From an uncultured Chlamydiales bacterium (GTDB lineage: Bacteria; Chlamydiota; Chlamydiia; Chlamydiales; JAAKFR01): a stretch of 64,000 bases of DNA. The first letter of the stretch is position 1. Every line of letters starts with the position of its first letter. The notes beneath the pieces are model-generated. The model ran no database searches, was not told the origin of the DNA, and saw only the letters and a list, made by a program, of their open reading frames with translations. The DNA lies in assembly GCA_963699155.1 (NCBI GenBank), contig OY969414.1, positions 939,757 to 1,003,756 of the forward strand, written 5' to 3'. This document shows positions 59,745 to 64,000 of this stretch, in pieces. The translations under genes were made by a program, and so were the position numbers.

Positions 59745-60932
59745 ATGGACCCTATCAAAAATCCATTTTCTCCCGGTGCAGGGTCTCCTCCTCCTGAGCT
59801 TGTCGGAAGAGATCCTGTGCTGGAGCAGGCCAGGGTGCTTCTAGGGCGGACTAAGAAAAAGCGTCCTGAAAAGAGCCTCTTATTAACAGGTCTTAGAGGA
59901 GTCGGCAAAACCGTTTTACTGAACGAAATGGAAAGAATGGCTCAAAATGAAGGATATAAAACAATTTTTATTGAAGCGCATGAAGATAAAGCTCTCGGTT
60001 CATTGATCACACCTCACTTAAGAAAGCTGCTTTTTGAATTAGATAGGGCAGCAGGCATGGGAGACAAGGTCAAACGGGGATTGGCTGTACTCCGTAGCTT
60101 TATCGGGACTCTCAAACTTACCGTTCAAGATATTTCGATCCAACTTGATATTGAACCTGAGAAGGGTTGTGCTGATAGTGGTGACCTGGAAATCGATTTA
60201 CCTTCCCTTTTTATGGCAATTGGAGAGGCTGCTGAGGAAAAGAAAACTGCAGTCGCTCTTCTGATTGATGAGATCCAATATTTCAGCAAAAAAGAATTAG
60301 GCGCCCTCATCATGGCGATGCATAAAATGCAACAGCGTCAACTACCTCTAGTGCTTCTTGCAGCAGGTCTGCCGATCCTTCCTGGACTTGCTGGGGAATC
60401 AAAATCTTACGCTGAAAGGCTTTTTAGCTTTCCTGATATTGGTGCTTTAACGGAAGCAGATACAGCTAAGGCATTACAGGAACCTGCTCAGGTAGCTGGA
60501 GTGGTATTTGAATCTTTAGCTTTAAAAGAAATTTTTCATCTTACCAAAGGATATCCCTATTTTCTACAGGAATGGGGGTATGTGGCTTGGGACCTAGCCA
60601 CAGCGAGCCCTATAACCCTGGAAGTTGTTAAAAGTTCAACAGAGAAGGTTATCCCTAGACTGGATAAGAACTTTTTCCGAGTACGCTTTGATAGATTGAC
60701 GCCTGGCGAAAAAAGCTTTTTGAGAGCAATGGCCGAGCTCGACGGTGGTACCCATAGATTAGGAGATATAGGCGAAGTCTTACATATGAAAGTAACAAGT
60801 CTAAGTCCTATCCGAGCCAAGCTTATCAAAAAAGGAATGATCTATAGCCCATCTTATGGAGACTTGGCTTTCACTGTTCCACTTTTTGATCAATTCATGT
60901 TGCGAGCGATGCCAAAACTTGGACTTGACTAG
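59745..60932 (+). CDS. P-loop ATPase (AAA_16-like) with a C-terminal winged helix
   Basis: NPFSPGAG..P..LVGR, Walker A GLRGVGKT, Walker B LLIDEIQ, GYPYFLQ, RAKLIKKGMIY. Confidence 0.85.
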   Translation: MDPIKNPFSPGAGSPPPELVGRDPVLEQARVLLGRTKKKRPEKSLLLTGLRGVGKTVLLNEMERMAQNEGYKTIFIEAHEDKALGSLITPHLRKLLFELDRAAGMGDKVKRGLAVLRSFIGTLKLTVQDISIQLDIEPEKGCADSGDLEIDLPSLFMAIGEAAEEKKTAVALLIDEIQYFSKKELGALIMAMHKMQQRQLPLVLLAAGLPILPGLAGESKSYAERLFSFPDIGALTEADTAKALQEPAQVAGVVFESLALKEIFHLTKGYPYFLQEWGYVAWDLATASPITLEVVKSSTEKVIPRLDKNFFRVRFDRLTPGEKSFLRAMAELDGGTHRLGDIGEVLHMKVTSLSPIRAKLIKKGMIYSPSYGDLAFTVPLFDQFMLRAMPKLGLD

Positions 60933-60973
60933 GTGTTGTCACTTCAATGGGAGAAAGGGGGATGCAGCGCGAG

Positions 60974-62389
60974 TTAAAAGACGCCGAGGGCACTGTAGAG
61001 GGTGGCGTAGGCGAGGGCGATGTCGCCTTGGGATTGGGCGAGGCGGTCTTCCGTATCGACTTGAAGTTGGAGGGAGTTGAGGACGCGAGTGAAGTCGGCG
61101 ATTCCCTCTTCGTATTGAAGGGTAGAGATGTCGACGGCTCGTTTGGCGGCTTTATAGCTGATTTCAAGATTACGTGTGGCGTTGATGGACTCGGCAAAGA
61201 AGGTGAGGGCATCTTCGACCTCTTTGTAGACGGAAAGGACTTGGTTGCGGTAGTTCGCAATCCCCTCTTTGAGAAGGGCGCACTGTTCGATGATCTGATT
61301 CTCAATACGGCCAAAGCTGAAGAATTGCCAGGTAAAAGAGGGGCCAAAAGTATAGGTGATGCTTTTGGCGTTGAAGAGACTCTTTGAGCCACGATTGGCA
61401 GTCGTATGGGAGGTGGAGGTTTCGAGGCCAAAGAAGCCGAGCAGTGAAATATGGGGATAGAGATCGCTCACAGCGATGCCCACAGCCGCTGTTTGGGCGT
61501 AGAGCAGATCGACCGTGCTGCGCAAGTCGGGCCGCTGCCAGAGAATTTGGCAGGGGAAGCTGACAGTGGCGTCAGTGGGTATCTCCACCTGGTTATTATC
61601 GATAGAGAAGAGGCAGAGAAAGGCTTCTGGAGTGACTCCTGCAAGGATGGCAAGAGTGGTTGAAAATTGTTTGACAGAGATTTCTAGTGTCTCTTTCTGC
61701 GCGATACTCTCTTTCCAGAGAGAGACCGCCTGAGCATTGTCGAGCTCGGAATCAAGGCCTCCTTCATAACGAACCTGGGCGATTTCGGCGCTGCGCTCTT
61801 GTATGGCAATATTGCTATCTAAACTTTTAATGCGTTGTAGGACGGTTTTGAGTTGGATGTAAGCAAATACAATGTCGGAAATGAGAATCCTTTTAACATT
61901 AAGGAAATCATCTTCAGAAGAGAGAAATTGGCCATAGGCTTGTTGGACACCGCGATAAAATCGGCCCCAAAAATCCAATTCCCAACCGATGCGTAGGCCT
62001 AAAATGAAATCCCAATAGTTTCGGTCGATGATCAGGGTGTTGGGGGCATTGGAACTGATATGGGTTCGGAGGGCGGCACCCTCCAATTGGAAGGTTTGGG
62101 GAAATTGCTCTCCTGCGGCAAATCCGAGATTGGCTCTTGCAGCGATAATTTGATAACCGGCCGCTTTGAGGTTATAATTTCTCATAAGGGCAAAATCGAT
62201 GAGAGCATTTAGTGTGGGATCGTTGTAGCGATACCACCAGGGGCCCATGAGAATGGAGGGTGTGAGGGAAACCGCTCTCGTATCGGTCCAGGAGCTTTGT
62301 TTGTCGACGCAGGGAAACTTAAAATCGGGACCGACGCGGAAGCAACCGCTAATGATCAGTGGGATGAAAAGGAGCAAAATCTTTCTCAT
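60974..62389 (-). CDS. Efflux outer membrane factor lipoprotein (NodT/TolC family)
   Basis: Lipobox ISGC-x-x-VGP, WWYRYNDPTLNALI, WELDFWG, RPDL, LYSALG. Confidence 0.9.
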   Translation of the reverse strand: MRKILLLFIPLIISGCFRVGPDFKFPCVDKQSSWTDTRAVSLTPSILMGPWWYRYNDPTLNALIDFALMRNYNLKAAGYQIIAARANLGFAAGEQFPQTFQLEGAALRTHISSNAPNTLIIDRNYWDFILGLRIGWELDFWGRFYRGVQQAYGQFLSSEDDFLNVKRILISDIVFAYIQLKTVLQRIKSLDSNIAIQERSAEIAQVRYEGGLDSELDNAQAVSLWKESIAQKETLEISVKQFSTTLAILAGVTPEAFLCLFSIDNNQVEIPTDATVSFPCQILWQRPDLRSTVDLLYAQTAAVGIAVSDLYPHISLLGFFGLETSTSHTTANRGSKSLFNAKSITYTFGPSFTWQFFSFGRIENQIIEQCALLKEGIANYRNQVLSVYKEVEDALTFFAESINATRNLEISYKAAKRAVDISTLQYEEGIADFTRVLNSLQLQVDTEDRLAQSQGDIALAYATLYSALGVF

Positions 62390-64000
62390 GCACCCTCCTG
62401 AGGAGGAGGTTTCAAGCGGTAAATGATCACATAGAAGAGGGGGACGGCGACCAGGGTCAAAAGCGAGCCTACTGCTAAGCCTCCCATGATGGCGACAGCA
62501 AGGCCGGTCCAAAAGATATCTTGAAGGAGTGGTATGACCCCTAAAACGGTGGTTCCTGCAGCTAGCATCACCGGTCTTGCCCGTTTCACAGTGGCCTCCA
62601 GGATGGCTTGATAAGGATCCATGCCACTGTCGATATTTTCTTTGCAGCTGTCAAGAAGGACGACGATGTTTTTATTCATCATTCCAGCAAGACTCATGGC
62701 TCCTAAGAGAGCCATAAATCCAAAAGGAACATTAAAAAGGAGTAAGCCCGCTGTGATGCCGATCATAGCGAAGGGGATGGTTAAAAAGATGACGGCGATT
62801 GGTCTAAAATCATTGAAGGTGACGACAAGACAGAGGAGAATGACGATGAGTGCGGGCACAAGACCTGGAATGAGCTGTTTCTGAGCTGTGGTGCTGCTAT
62901 CCTCTTCTCCCCCCCAGAAATAGCTAAAGCCTCTGGGTAACGTGAAGTGATCGATCTGAGGCAGGACACTCTTTTTCAAAGCTGCAAAGGTTGATGCGAG
63001 GATCGGTGAGCCTTGAATGGCCACTTGCCTCTGGTGGTCCCAGCGGATGATGTAGGGCTCTTCCCATTGAAAGCGGCGATCATCGGTCACTTGTGTGAGG
63101 GGAATGGAGTTGACACTCATCTCGCCTCTTACGGGAAGTGTGTCGAGATGGGAAAGAAAAGTCTGCCTTTCGGCTTCCGTACTGTTCCACTGGATCTGGT
63201 AGAGCTTATTTTTTTCTCGATAGAGCCCCACATTGAGACCATCGTAGCCACGTTCCAGGGCATTAGCGATATCCTCGCGGGAGATATTGACCGAACGCGC
63301 TCTTCTCTGCTGATAATCCATTTTGAGCTGACGGATCGGATTCATCAGATCAAGTCGCCAGTCGGTACCTAAAGAGGAGCTGCGGATATCGGCTAGCAGC
63401 TGATTTCCCGTTTCTCGCAGTTGTGACAAGTTAGCATTGTAGGAGCCTAAAATTCTCAGCTCAAATTTCCATGGGTTTCCGGGGCCGACCGTATATTTGC
63501 GTATCCTTATTAAAGCTTCAGGGAAGTGGTTGTTGAGCCATTCTTGATTGCGGCTGATAAAAGGATCGATCTCTTTGTTGTTGTTAAAATTGATGAGCAG
63601 CTGTCCATAATTAGAGTAGATAAATTCGGGATCGACAGGAAGATAAAAGCGGGGAGGTCCTGCCCCTATAAAACTGGAGACAGATTGGACAGTCGCCTCT
63701 TCGCGAAACTTTTTGACCATCTCCTCTGTTCTAGCAGAAACTTCATGGATGCTGGTGCCTGCTGGAGCCCAATAATCGACCATCAGTTGAGGCCTTGTAG
63801 AGAAGGGGAAGAAGAGTTTGATGACAAATTGGAATCCCACAAAAGAGAGGATCAAGAGTGCTAATAAAAGTATCAGCATGAAGAAGCGATGGCGAAGAAC
63901 CCAGTCAATGGCTCTTCTAAAACGATGGAAAAGGGGGGTGTCAAATTCATCGCGAAGGGCTTCTCCACTCTTTGTCTTTATAAACCAGAGACAGTGCTGT
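62386..64000 (-). CDS. RND efflux permease (AcrB family), C-terminal part; continues past the right edge
   Basis: FFPFSTRPQ, FIGAGPPRFYL, TIPFAMIG, LAGMMNKNIVVLLD, RARPVMLAAGTTVLG. Confidence 0.9.
   Translation of the reverse strand, partial: QHCLWFIKTKSGEALRDEFDTPLFHRFRRAIDWVLRHRFFMLILLLALLILSFVGFQFVIKLFFPFSTRPQLMVDYWAPAGTSIHEVSARTEEMVKKFREEATVQSVSSFIGAGPPRFYLPVDPEFIYSNYGQLLINFNNNKEIDPFISRNQEWLNNHFPEALIRIRKYTVGPGNPWKFELRILGSYNANLSQLRETGNQLLADIRSSSLGTDWRLDLMNPIRQLKMDYQQRRARSVNISREDIANALERGYDGLNVGLYREKNKLYQIQWNSTEAERQTFLSHLDTLPVRGEMSVNSIPLTQVTDDRRFQWEEPYIIRWDHQRQVAIQGSPILASTFAALKKSVLPQIDHFTLPRGFSYFWGGEEDSSTTAQKQLIPGLVPALIVILLCLVVTFNDFRPIAVIFLTIPFAMIGITAGLLLFNVPFGFMALLGAMSLAGMMNKNIVVLLDSCKENIDSGMDPYQAILEATVKRARPVMLAAGTTVLGVIPLLQDIFWTGLAVAIMGGLAVGSLLTLVAVPLFYVIIYRLKPPPQEGA

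Noticed and set aside
58255..64000. Genomic island integrated at tRNA-Ser
   Set aside because: No integrase and no direct duplication of the tRNA 3' end seen in the window; the copy present is inverted

Overview
A 64 kb chromosomal segment from an environmental member of Chlamydiota. The evidence is the chlamydial backbone (glmM-glmS-tyrP-yccA-ftsY / sucC-sucD-htrA-PreP / nrdBA-pssA-rmuC / nusB-murB / infC-rpmI-rplT-pheS), a triple ATP-cone NrdA and a class Ic-type NrdB. Accessory material is interleaved: an inactivated IS4-family element and an intact IS481-family element, a decayed DUF1016 gene, a low-GC ~6.5 kb island between ftsY and sucC, three tandem Omp25-like beta-barrels, an AbiE type IV toxin-antitoxin pair, and several putative effectors (membrane-anchored OTU-like deubiquitinase, ankyrin-like paralogs, Inc-like proteins). 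Two tRNAs (Val-GAC, Ser-TGA) and part of an RND efflux operon are also present. The most striking observation is a 378-aa LAGLIDADG intein in NrdA, inserted between Gln and Gly of the specificity loop (NQ|GGKR). Its +1 residue is Gly rather than the Cys/Ser/Thr that canonical splicing needs. Other oddities are a LexA lacking its catalytic Ser, recurrent C-rich 3' ends of genes, and a structured repeat region after tRNA-Ser. All calls are from manual reading; no searches were run.
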